From assembly GCF_020745735.1 (NCBI RefSeq), contig NC_083419.1:73734096-73798095 (forward strand): a stretch of DNA of 64,000 nt, read 5' to 3'. How positions within the stretch are numbered: the first letter of the stretch is position 1; the number at the start of each line of letters is the position of its first letter. The notes under the pieces were generated by a model. The model had not been told where the DNA came from. It did no database searches and was given only the letters and a program-made list of their open reading frames with translations. Source of the DNA: Hemiscyllium ocellatum (Eukaryota). Position numbers and translations under genes: made by a program. This document shows, piece by piece, positions 26,178-37,500 of the stretch.

Positions 26178-27975
26178 TAGAACATATAGAACATAGAACA
26201 TAGAAGGATACAGCGCAGTACCGGCCCTTCGGCCCTCGATGTTGCGCCGACCGAATCCTACCTAACCTATACTAGCCCAATAACTTCCAAATGCCTATCC
26301 AATGCCCGCTTAAATGACCATAAAGAAGAAGAGTTCACCACTGATACGGGCAGGGCATTCCATGAACTCACAACCCGCTGTGTGAAGAATCTACCCCTAA
26401 CATCTGTCCTATACCTACCACCCCTTAATTTAAAGCTATGTCCCCTAGTAACACCTGACTCCATTAGCGGTAAAAGGTTCTTAGTATCTACCCTATCTAA
26501 ACCCCTAATCATCTTATACACTTCTATCAGATCTCCCCTAAACCTTCTCTTCTCCAATGAGAACAGCCCCAAGTGCCTCAGCCTTTCCTCATAAGATTTT
26601 CCTACCATTCCAGGCAACATCCTGGTAAACCTCCTCTGCACTCGTTCTAAAGCTTCCACATCCTTCCTATAGTATGGCGACCAAAACTGCACACAATACT
26701 CCAGATGAGGCCTCACCAGAGTCTTATACAACTGCAACATGACCTCAGGACTCCGGAACTCAATTCCTCTGCCAATAAAGCCCAGTACACCATATGCCTT
26801 CCTCACAGCACTATTTACCTGGGTGGCAACTTTCAGAGATCTGTGTACATGGACACCAAGATCCCTCTGCTCATCCACACTACCAAGTAGCCTACCATTA
26901 GCCCAGTAATCCATCATCTTGTTATTCCTACCAAAGTGAACGACTTCGCACTTAGCTACATTGAATTCCATTTGCCACATTTCCGCCCAGCTCTGCAACT
27001 TATCTATATCCCGCTGTAACCTACCACTTCCTTCCTCACTATCCACAACTCCACCGACTTTTGTGTCATCCGCAAACTTGCTTACCCAGCTTTCAAGTCC
27101 TTCCTCTAGATCATTTATAAAGATAACAAAAAGCAATGGTCCCAAAACAGATCCTTGTGGTACACCGCTAGTAACTGCGCTCCAAGATGAACATAATCCA
27201 TCAACTACTACCCTCTGTCTCCTTCCAGCCAGCCAATTCCTAATCCAAACCTCTAATGTATCCTCAATGCCATACCTCCGAAGTTTTAGCATTAGCCTAC
27301 CATGGGGAACCTTATCGAACGCCTTACTAAAATCCATATACACAACATCTACTGCTTTACCCTCGTCCACTTCCTTAGTCACCTTCTCAAAGAACTCAAT
27401 AAGGTTTGTGAGGCACGACCTGCCCTTCACAAAACCATGCTGGCTATCCCTGATCACGTTATTCCTACCCAGATGTTCATAAATCTTATCCCTTACCATT
27501 CTCTCTAAGACTTTGCCCACCACTGAAGTCAGACTCACTGGCCTATAGTTACTAGGGCTATCCCTACTCCCTTTCTTGAACAATGGGACCACATTCGCTA
27601 TCCTCCAGTCCTCTGGTACTATTCCCGTTGACAATGACGACATAAAAATCCAGGCCAATGACTCTGCTATCTCCTCCCTAGCTTCCCATAGGATCCTGGG
27701 GTAAATGCCATCAGGCCCAGGAGACTTATCTATATTCATCCTTTCCAATATTCCCAAAACCTCTTCCCTGCATATTTCCAGGGCATCCATTCTAATTATT
27801 TGTGATTCCATATTCACATCAGCAACAGTGTCCTGTTCCTGAGTGAATACTGATGAAAAGTACTGATTTAATGTCTCTCCAATCTCCTCCGCCTCCACAC
27901 ACAACTTCCCACTACTATCCTTGACTGGACCGATACCTACCCTAGTCATTCTTTTATTCTTGACATACCTATAGA
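26178..27975 (-). mobile_element. Young 5'-truncated CR1-type LINE
   Basis: (ATGTTCT)n-type tail at 26178-26205, 3' hairpin GGGCCGAAGGGCC, uninterrupted RT reading frame; TAGA shared at both junctions. Confidence 0.95.
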
Positions 27976-27997
27976 GTATTTCTATGGCATTTACCAC
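26267..27997 (-). CDS. CR1 LINE ORF2 reverse transcriptase, open 576-aa frame lacking the APE domain
   Basis: KSPGPDGI, NYRPVSLTS, YMDFSKAFDKVPH, GVPQGSVLGPLLF, FADD motifs; the first ~7 codons come from flanking ZNF sequence. Confidence 0.85.
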   Translation of the reverse strand: MVNAIEILYRYVKNKRMTRVGIGPVKDSSGKLCVEAEEIGETLNQYFSSVFTQEQDTVADVNMESQIIRMDALEICREEVLGILERMNIDKSPGPDGIYPRILWEAREEIAESLAWIFMSSLSTGIVPEDWRIANVVPLFKKGSRDSPSNYRPVSLTSVVGKVLERMVRDKIYEHLGRNNVIRDSQHGFVKGRSCLTNLIEFFEKVTKEVDEGKAVDVVYMDFSKAFDKVPHGRLMLKLRRYGIEDTLEVWIRNWLAGRRQRVVVDGLCSSWSAVTSGVPQGSVLGPLLFVIFINDLEEGLESWVSKFADDTKVGGVVDSEEGSGRLQRDIDKLQSWAEMWQMEFNVAKCEVVHFGRNNKMMDYWANGRLLGSVDEQRDLGVHVHRSLKVATQVNSAVRKAYGVLGFIGRGIEFRSPEVMLQLYKTLVRPHLEYCVQFWSPYYRKDVEALERVQRRFTRMLPGMVGKSYEERLRHLGLFSLEKRRFRGDLIEVYKMIRGLDRVDTKNLLPLMESGVTRGHSFKLRGGRYRTDVRGRFFTQRVVSSWNALPVSVVNSSSLWSFKRALDRHLEVIGLV

Positions 27998-28479
27998 AGT
28001 CCGTCATTTACAACATTATTTTATCTGTGTGAACTCAATGGTCTGCCTGCAATTGAGAAGACTGAGTGAACCTCTTCCCACACTTGGAGCAGATGAATGG
28101 CGTTTCCTCAATGTGAGTACGTTGATGAATTTCCAGTTGAGGTGGGGATTTGAATCCCTCTTCACAGTTCTCATATCTTCATACTTTCTCCCCAGCGTGA
28201 CTGTAATTATGTCTTGACAGTTCAGATTATTTCATGCACGCACCGGACAGGTACACTGTTCCTCCTCACTGTGATTGGTGTCTTCTTCCAAGTTCAGAAT
28301 CCAACAATATTCCGATCATTAAAAAAAACAATCTTTCCAATTCTAATATGATACCTAGCTCTATTTCCTGACCACAGACTGACCCCTTCACATAATCTGT
28401 GAAACTAATTAAAGAGAAGGAAAGTGAGTGAGAGAAGACCACCATCTGACTGAATGGCCATCACTGAGACCTGGCAACT

Positions 28480-28840
28480 GGATGAGGTTCTAGCGGATTC
28501 CTGAAGAGGGCGCTCGGTGTCTACCCCAAAGGACACCATTGTGCAGGCGTTGGATTGAGCACGTTGGAGCATGCGCAGATTGACTGAAGGCCCCCTTTTC
28601 AGTCATTGGATAATGGCGGGGAGGGGGTGGCCCCGGAGGTATAATGGATCATATATGGGGAAGTAAGGTAATCTGTCTTGGTAATATCCAATAAAGGCTC
28701 CGCGAAACAAATAAGAATTAGCGGCTTCCGCGATTTCAGCCCTCATTTTAATTCACAGGACCAGGGCCTAGGCCGTGGCGGCCATCTTGTTTGGACCCTT
28801 CTGCTATTTAAACCAAACACATAGAAAAACTCACCTTGCC
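28480..28840. promoter_or_regulatory. CpG-enriched promoter-like segment upstream of the ZNF pseudo-exon
   Basis: NRF1-like GAGCATGCGCAG (~28567), YY1-like GGCGGCCATCTTG (~28778), CTCF half-site AGAGGGCGC (~28505); minus-strand donor AG|GTGAGT at 28834 and acceptor tttcacag at 28397. Confidence 0.45.
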
Positions 28841-28959
28841 TCGTAATCTGTTAAAGTATGCGTGACAGAGGACTCCCAAATTCCACTATTTAAAAAATAA
28901 ATCAAATTTATTTAATCCTAAACGTGAATATTAAATAAAAGTGAACATTTAAATGAACA

Positions 28960-31085
28960 TTTTAATTGGGGAAAATGAAATTATGACACGATCAGACAGG
29001 AATTGGGAAGTTTAAACTGGGAGCAATTGTTCCACAGAAAGGGCACCGCAGACATGTGGAGACTATTTAAGGAGCAGTTGTTTCAAGCGATGCATGAATT
29101 TGTTCCTCTGAGACAAGTAAGAAAGGGTAAGATTAAGGAACCTTGAATGACGAGGACAGAGGGGCTTCTCATCAAAAGAAATTGGGCAGCTTACATTAGG
29201 TGGAGGAGGCAAGGATCTAGCACAGCTTTAGAGGCTTGCTAGAAAGGAGCTCAGAAATGGACTGAGGAGAGCCAGAAGGGAGCACGAAAAAGAATTGCCA
29301 GGAAGGATTAGGGAGAACCCAAAGGCATTTTACTTAATGTGAGGAATAGAGAATAATCAGGGACAGGTTAGAGCCAATCAGGGATAGCGTAGGGAACTTA
29401 TGAGTGGAGTCTGACCACTTAGGGGAAGCCCGAAAAGAGTTCGTTTTTTTTTTGCTTTGCTTTTCACTAAGGAAAGGGACCTTGTTGGGAATGAGAACAT
29501 TGAGGAGCTGGGATACAGGCTGGAACTGATCAAGATTGATGTGGTCGATGAGCTGGAAATTTTGGCAAACATTAAGATTGATATGTCCCCAGGGCCAGAC
29601 CAGATTTATCCGAGGCTCCTCTGGGAAACAAGAAAGGAGGTTGTTAAGCCGCTGGTGAGGATATTTGCCTCCTCACTCTCCACAGGAGGCGGAGGAGGAT
29701 TGGAAGGAGGCGAATGTTGTTCCTTATTTCAAGAAGGGTAATAGAGACATCCCTGGCAATTAGAGACCAGTCAGTCTTACGTCTGTGGTCAGCAAGGTTT
29801 TGGAAAGAAGTCTGAGGGATAGAATTTATGACTATTTAAAAAGCATAGCGTGATTAAAGGCAGTCAGCATGGTTTTCTGAGGTGCAGGTCATGCCTCACA
29901 AATCATATTGAGTTCTTTGTGGATGTGACAAGACAGATAGATGAAGGTCGAGCAGTGGATGTGGTGCATGTGGACTTCAGCAAGGCATTTGATAGGGTTC
30001 CCCATGGAAGGCTCATTCATTAAGTCAGGAGGTGTGGATTACAGGGAGATTTGGCTATTTGGATTCAGAATTGGTTAGCTGATAGAAGGCAGAGAGTGGG
30101 TGCAGATGAAAATGTCTGACTGGTGGTCAATTTTGAGTGTTGTCCCGCAGGGCTTTGTTCTTGGGTCTCTGCTCTTTGTAGTTTTTATAAATGACTTGGG
30201 TGAGGAGATTGAGGGATGGGTTATTAAATTTGCAGATGGCACATAAGTTGGAGGTGCCGTTGATAGCATCGAGAGCCATTGCAGGCTGCAGCGCAACATA
30301 GACAGGATGCAGAGTTGGGCTGAGAAATGGCAGATGAATTCAACCTGCATAAAAGCGAAATGATGCAATTTGAAAGGTTGAACTCGAATGCTGAATGTAG
30401 GATTAAAGGCAGGATTCTTGGCAGTGTGGGGGAACAGAGGGATATGGGTGTTCAAGTACATAGCTCCCCAAATTTGCTACCCAAGTGGGTTGTTAAGAAA
30501 GCATATGGTGTTTTAGCTTTCATTAACAGGGTGATCAAGTCCCCGGTGAGACCACACTTGGAATATTGTCTCCAGTTCTGGTTGCCCTCCTACAGGAAAG
30601 ATACAGAGACTTTGGAGAGGGTGCAAAGAAGGTTTACCAGGATGCTGCCTGGACTGGAGGGCTTGCGTTATGAAGAGAGATTGACGAAGCTCAGACTTTT
30701 CTCTCTGGAGAGAAGGAGGAAGAGAGGAGACCTGGTCGAGATATACAAGGTAATGAGAGTAAGAGTTAGAGTCAATAGCCAGAGACTTTTCCCCAGGACA
30801 GGATTGACTGGCACGAAGAGTCATAGTTTTAAATTATTAGGAGAAAGGTTAAAATGGTTGTCAGAGTAGGGTCTTTATGCAGAGAGTTGTGAATGCATGG
30901 AATGCGTTGCCAGCTGTGGTGGTGGAAGCACAGTCATCAGGGACAATTAAGCGACTACTGGACATGTACATGGATAACAGTGAATTGAGGGGTGCATAAG
31001 TTAATTTATTTTATTTTACATTAGGATTAGACCTTGGCAAAACATCGTAGGACAAAGGACCTGATCTGTACTGTACTGTTCTATG
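28960..31085 (+). mobile_element. CR1-type LINE, 5'-truncated and decayed
   Basis: SPGPDQIYPRLLWE, VRPHLEYCLQFW, RLTKLRLFSLERRR motifs; ttctatgt tail at ~31085. Confidence 0.9.
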
Positions 31086-31552
31086 TAAACAACAGCTATT
31101 TACAACTCTGAACCTCATTTCTCTTTAATATCTTTTCTTCTATATCCAACTCTATACTGATCGAATGAACCCCAATTAAAATTTGCAACATATTAATTTT
31201 CAAAACCAGACAGCGGCTGCCGTCTCCAGTGACTATCTTCCTGTTTGTAGATCTCCCTGGGTCGTCTTCGGAATTCTGCTGCAAGGGTGAAAAAAGTACC
31301 TTTGATTGAAAGTGTTTTGAATGGCACTCTCTCTCTACCTCTCTCTCGCTAACTCTCAAAATGCTGACGGTTGATACCCTAAATATTGGATCAACTCACT
31401 GGTTCGAAGTTGTCAACATTGTACAATTCAAATTCCGTTGGGTTTTAGTATATTGGGGCATAATTGAAACTGCCTGGTTGAATTCAATTGGTGGCCAAAC
31501 TGCTGAGGTATCTAGATTACAACCAAATGTTAAATATTTTCTATTTTCCAGT

Positions 31553-34500
31553 ACACTGTCAGAGGGTCAGTACTGAGGGAGTGCCACACTGTCAGAGGGT
31601 AAGTAATGCGGGAGTGCTGCGCTGACAGAGGGTCAGTACTGAGGGAGTGCTGCTCTGGTCGGGGGTTGAGTTCTGAGTGAGCGGTGCATTCTCAGAGGGT
31701 TAGAACTGAGGGAGCGCTACACTGTAAGAATGTCTGAACTAAAGTGTGTTGCACTGTCAGAGAGCTGCACTGTCAAAGGGTCAGTACTGAGGGTGCACCG
31801 CACTGCTGCACGGTGGGTATGTGGACAGTGCCACATTTTCAGAGGGTCAGCAATGAGGGATCACTGCGCTGTCAGAGGGTCAGTACTGAGGGAACGCTGC
31901 ACAGTCGGAGGGCCAGTACCAAGGCAACACCACACTGTCAGAGGGTCAGGACTGAGAAAATGCTGTTGTGTCAGAGCATCAATTCTGAGGAAGTGCTGCA
32001 GTGTCACAGGATCAGTACTGAGGGAGTGCTGCACTGTCAGAGGTGAGTGCTGACGGAGGGCTGCACTGTCAGAGGGTCAGTACTAAGGGAGTGCTGCACT
32101 GTCAGAGGGTCAGTATTGAGGGTGTGCTGCACTGTTAGAGGATCAGTACTGAGGGTGTGCTGCGCTGTCAGAGGGTCAGTACTGAGGGAGTGCTGCAATG
32201 CCAGATAGTCAGCACTGACGGATCACTGCGCAGTCAGAAGGTCAGTACTGAGGGAGTGCTGCACTGTCAGAGGTGAGTACTGACGGAGGGCTGCACTGTA
32301 AGAGGGTCAGTACTAAGTGAGTGCTGCACTGTCAGAGGGTCAGTATTGAGGGCGTGCTGCACTGTTAGAGGATCAGTACTGAGGGTGTGCTGCACTGTCA
32401 GGGGGTCAGAACTGAGGGACTGCACACTGTGAAGAGAGCACTGAGGGAGCAATGTACTGTCATGTGGTCAGTAATGATGGAGTGCTGCACTGTCAGAGGT
32501 TCAATACTGAGGGAATGCTGCACTGTCAGAGGGTCAGTACTAAGGGAGCGCTGCACTGATAAAGGGTCAGTACTGAGGGAGTACTGCACTGTCAGAGTGT
32601 GAGTACTGAGGGAGTGCTGCACTTTCAGGGGGTCAACACAGACGGCGTGATGAACTGTCGGAGGGTCAGTGCTGAGGGAGCACTTCACTGTCAGAGTGTC
32701 AATAGTGAGCAAGTGCTTCACTGTCAGAGTGTCAGTACTGAGGGAGTGCTACTCTCTGAGAGAATCAGTACTGACGGAGTGATGTACTGTGAGAGAGCAC
32801 TGAGGGAGCAGTGCACTATCAGCGGGTCAGTACTGAGGGAGTGCTGCACTGTCAGACAGTCAGTCCTGAGAAAATGTTGTTGTGTCAAAGCATAATTTCT
32901 CAGGGAGTGCTGCAGTGTCAATGGATCAGTACTGAGGGAGCGCCACACTGTCAGAGGGTCAGTACTGCGGGAGTGCTGCACTGTCAGAGGGTCAGTACTG
33001 AGGGGTCACTGCGCTGTCAGAGGGTCAGTACGGAGGGAGTGCTGCACTGTCAGAGGATGAGTACTGACGGAATGCTGCATTGTCAGAAGGTCAGTACTGA
33101 GGGAGTGCTGCACTGTCAGAGGGTCAGTACTGAGGGAGTGCTGCACTGTCAGAAGGTCAGTACTGAGGGAGTGCTGCACTGTCATAGTGTCACCAATGAG
33201 ACGGTGCTGCACTGTTAGAGGGTCAGTGTTGATGGAGAGCTGCACTGTCAAAGTGTCAGTACTAAGGGAGTGCTGCACTGTTAGAGGATCAGTATGGAGG
33301 GTGTGCTGCAATGTCATGGGTCAGTACTGAGGGAGTGCTGCACTGTCAGAGGGTCAGTACTGAGGGTGTGCTGCACTGTCAGAGGGTCAGTACCGATTGA
33401 ATGTTGCACTGTCAGAGGGTCAGTATGAGGTGAGTGCTGCACTGTCAGAGGGTCAGTATGGGGGGGTGTGCTGCACTGTCAGAGGGTCAGTACTGGGGGA
33501 GTGCTGCACTGTCAGTGGTCCGTACTGAGGGATTGCTGAATTGCCAGAGAGTCAATCCTGATGGGTCATCGCACTGTCGGACAGACAGTAGTCAGGGAAT
33601 GCTGCATTACCAAAGTGTCAGTACGGACGGAGCACCATACTATCCGAGATTCAGTCCAGACGGAGTACTACACTGTGAAAGAGTCAGTACTGAGGGAGTG
33701 CTACACTGGAAGAGCACTGAAGGATCACTGTACTGTCAGAGAGTCTGTAATGAGGGAGAACTGCACTGTCACAGAGTCTGTAATGAGGGAGAGCTGCACT
33801 GTCAGATGGTGAGTACTGAGGGAGTGCTGCATTATCAGAGGTCAATACTGAAGGAGCGCTGCACTGTCATAGGGTCAGTGCAGAGGGAGTGCTAAACTGT
33901 GAAGAGAGCACTGAGGGAGCACTACACTGTAAGTGGGACATTGCTGAGGGAGTGCTGCACAATCAGAGCGTCAGTACAGGGGGAATTCTACACTGTGAGT
34001 GAGTCAGCACTGAGGGATTTCTACCCTGTGAGAGAGCACTGAGGGAGCAGTGCACTGTCGGAGGGTCAGTACCGAGGGAGCGCTGCACTGTCAGAGGGTC
34101 AGTACTAAGGGAGTCTGCAATGTCAGAGGATCAGTATGGAGGGTGTACTGCGCTGTCAGTTGGTCACTACTGAGGGATTGCTGAATTGCCGGATAGTCAG
34201 TACTGATAGATCACCGCACTGTCGGACAGACAGTAGTCAGGGAATGCCGCATTACCAGAGTGTCAGTATGGGCTGAGCACCACACTGCCAGAGGTTTCAG
34301 TCCAGACGGAGTGTTAGGCTGTGAAATAGTCTGTACTGAGGGAGTGCTACAATGTGAGAGAGCACTGAGGGATCACTGTACGGACAGAGGGTCTGTAATG
34401 AGGAGAACAGCATTGTCAGAGAGTCTGGAATGAGGGAGAGCTGCACTGTCAGAGGATCAGTACTGAGGGAGTGCTGCATTATCAGAGGTGAGTACTAAAG

Positions 34501-37500
34501 GAGTGCTGCACTGTCAGAGGGTCAGTGCAGAGGGAGTGCTACACTGTGAAGACAGAAATGAGGGAGAACTACACTGTAAGTAGGACAGTTACTGAGGGAG
34601 TGCTGCACTATCAGAGGGTCAGAACTGAAGGATTGTTACACTGTGAGAGAGTCAGCACTGAGGGCGTGCTACACTGTAAGAGAGCACTGAGGGAGCATTG
34701 CAATGTCGCAGGGTCAGTACTGAGGGAGAGCTGCACTGTTGGAGGGTAAGTACTGAGGGAGTGCTGCACTGTCAAAGGGTCAGTACTGAGGGAGTGATAC
34801 ACTGTCAAAGGGTCAGCACTGAGGCAGCGCCGCACTGTCAGAGAGTCATTACGTCGGGATTGCTGCACTGTGAGAGGGTCAGTATGGAGGGTGTGCTCGA
34901 CTGTTAGAGTATCAGTACTGAGGGAGTGCTGCACTATCAGAGGGTCAGTACGGAGGGAGTGGTACACTATGAGCCAGTCAGCACTGACGGAATGTTACAC
35001 TGTGTGGGAGCACTGAGGAAGAAGGGCGCTGTCGGAGGGTCAGTACTGAGGGAGTGCTGCACTGTCAGAGGGTCAGCACTGAGGTTTTGCAGCACTGTCA
35101 GGGAGTCAGCACTGAGGAAGCGCCGCACTGTCAGAGAATCATTACGTCGGGAGTGCTGCATTGTTAATGACTCAGTACTGAGGGAGTGCCGCACTATCAG
35201 AGGGTCAGTACTGAGGGAGTGCTGCACTGTCAGAGAGTCAGTACTGAGTGTGTGCATCATTGTCAGCGAGTCAGTGCTGAGGGAATGCTGCACTGTCAGA
35301 GTGTCAGTACTGAGTGAGTGCATCACTGTCAGAGGGTCAGGAGTGAAGGAGTGCATCACTGTCAAAAGGTCAGTACTGAGTGTGTGCATCATTGTCAAAG
35401 GGTCAGTATGGAGAGAGTGCAGCATTGTCGGAGGGTCAGGACAGAGGAATTGCTGTGCATTGAGAGGGTCCAAAATGATGAAGTGCACATTCTCTGAGCA
35501 TCATTAAAAGTGGCTAGCCATGCTGTGAGACGGTTACTACTGAGGGAGCGCTGCACTGTGAAAAGGTTAGAACTAAGGGAGCACCGCGCAGTGAGTGGGT
35601 CAGTACCGAGGGATCAATGCGCTGTGAGGGGTTCAGTACCGAGGGAGCACCACGCTACGTGTCGACAGTACTGCGAGAGTGCTACATTGCTAAACGGTCA
35701 GGACAAAGGCATTGCTGGACTATCACAGATGCAGGATCGAGGCAGTGCAGCACGGTCAGAGTGTCAGTACCGAGGGAGTGCTGCCCTGTCAGGGCATGTG
35801 TATTGAGGGAGCATCTCATTGTCAGGGGGTCAGGACTGAGCATGTGCTGCACTGTCAGTGGGTCAGTACTGAGGGAGTGCTACACTGTGAGAGTCAGTAC
35901 TGAGGGAGTGATACACTGTCGGAGAGCACTGAGGGAGTGGTGCATTATCAGAGGGTCAGTACTGAGGGAGTGCTGCACTGTCAAGCAGTCAGAACTGAGA
36001 AAATGCTGTTGTGTGGAAGCATGATTTCCGAGGGAGTGCTGCAGTGTCAAAGGATCAGTACTGAGGGAGTGTCACACTGTCAGAGGTTCAGTAATATGGG
36101 AGTGCTGCACTGTCAGAGCGTCAGCATTGAGGGGTCACTGTGCTGTCAGAGGGTCAGTACTGAGGGAGTGCTGCACTGTCAGAGGGTCAGTATGGGGGAG
36201 TGCTGCACTGTCAGAGGGTCAGTACTGAAGGAGTGCTGCACTATCAGAAGGTCAATACTGAGGGAGTGCTGCGCTGTCAGAAGGTCAGTATGGAGGGTGT
36301 GCTGCACTGTCAGAGGCTCAGTACTGAGGGATTGCAGAACTGTCAGATAGTCAGTCTTGATGGATCACCACACTGTCGGACAGACAGTAGTCACGGAATG
36401 CTGCATTACCAGAGTGTCAGTAAGGACGGAGCACCACAATGTCAGAGGTTCAGTCCAGACTGAGTGCTACACTGTGAAAGAGTCAGTACTGAGGGAGTGC
36501 TACGCTGGGAAAGCACTGAGAGAGTGCTGAACTGTCAGAGGGTCAGCATTGAGGGGTCACTGTGCTGTCTGAGGGTCAGTATTGAGGGAGTGCTGCAGTA
36601 TCAGAGGTCAGTACTAAGGGAGCATTGCACTGTAAGTGGGTCTGTAATGAGGGAGTGCTGCACTATCAGAGTGTCAGAACTGAAGGAGTGTTACACTGTG
36701 AGAGAGTCAGCACTGAGGGAGTGCTATACTGTGAGAGAGCACTGAGGGAGCAGTGCACTGTCGCAGGGTCAGTACTGAGGGTGTGCTGCACTGTCAGAGG
36801 GTCAGTACTGAGGGAGTGCTGCACTATCAGAGGGTCAATACTGAGGGAGTGGTACACTGACAAAGAGTCAGCACTGAGGCAGCGCCGCACTGTCAGAGAG
36901 TCATTACGTCGGGATTGCTTCACTGTGAGAGGGTCAGTATGGAGGGTGTGCTGCACTGTTAGAGTATCAGTACTAAGGGAGTGCTGCACTATCAGAGTGT
37001 CAGTATGGAGGGAGTGGTACACTAAGAGCCATTCAGCACTGACGGAATGCTACACTGTGAGGGAGCACTGAGGAAGAAGTGCGCTGTCGGAGGGTCAGTA
37101 CTGAGGGAGTGCTGCACTGTCAGAGGGTCAGCACTGAGGAAGCGCCGCACTGTCAGAGAGTCATTACATCGGGAGTGCTGCACTGTCAAATACTCAGTAC
37201 TGAGGAAGTGCCGCACTATCAGAGGGTCAATACTGAGGGAGCGCTGCACTGTCAGAATGTCAGTACTGAGGGAGTGCTGCACTGTCAGACGGTCAGTATG
37301 GGGGTATGCTGCACTGTCAGAGGGTCAGTACTGAGGGAGTGTTGCACTATTAGAAGGTCAATACTGAGGGAGTGCTGCACTGACAGAGTGTCAGTATGGA
37401 GGGTGTGCTGCACTGTCAGAGGCTCAGTACTGAGGGAGGTCTGCACTGTCAGAGGGTCAGCACTGAGGAAGCGCCGCACTGTCAGAGAGTCATTACGTCG

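Larger units (their letters stand above)
25690..28330 (-). pseudogene. C2H2 zinc-finger array pseudogene, split by a CR1 insertion
   Basis: Minus translation: [41 protein letters not shown] (28000-28170); [46 protein letters not shown]...FRCNYCKTTFSQSS (25790-26140); stops, frameshifts and lost Cys/His ligands. Confidence 0.85.

Noticed and set aside
26267-27997. Host gene or domesticated RT
   Set aside because: It has a typical CR1 3' UTR and tail and is 5'-truncated; the open frame is explained by recent insertion
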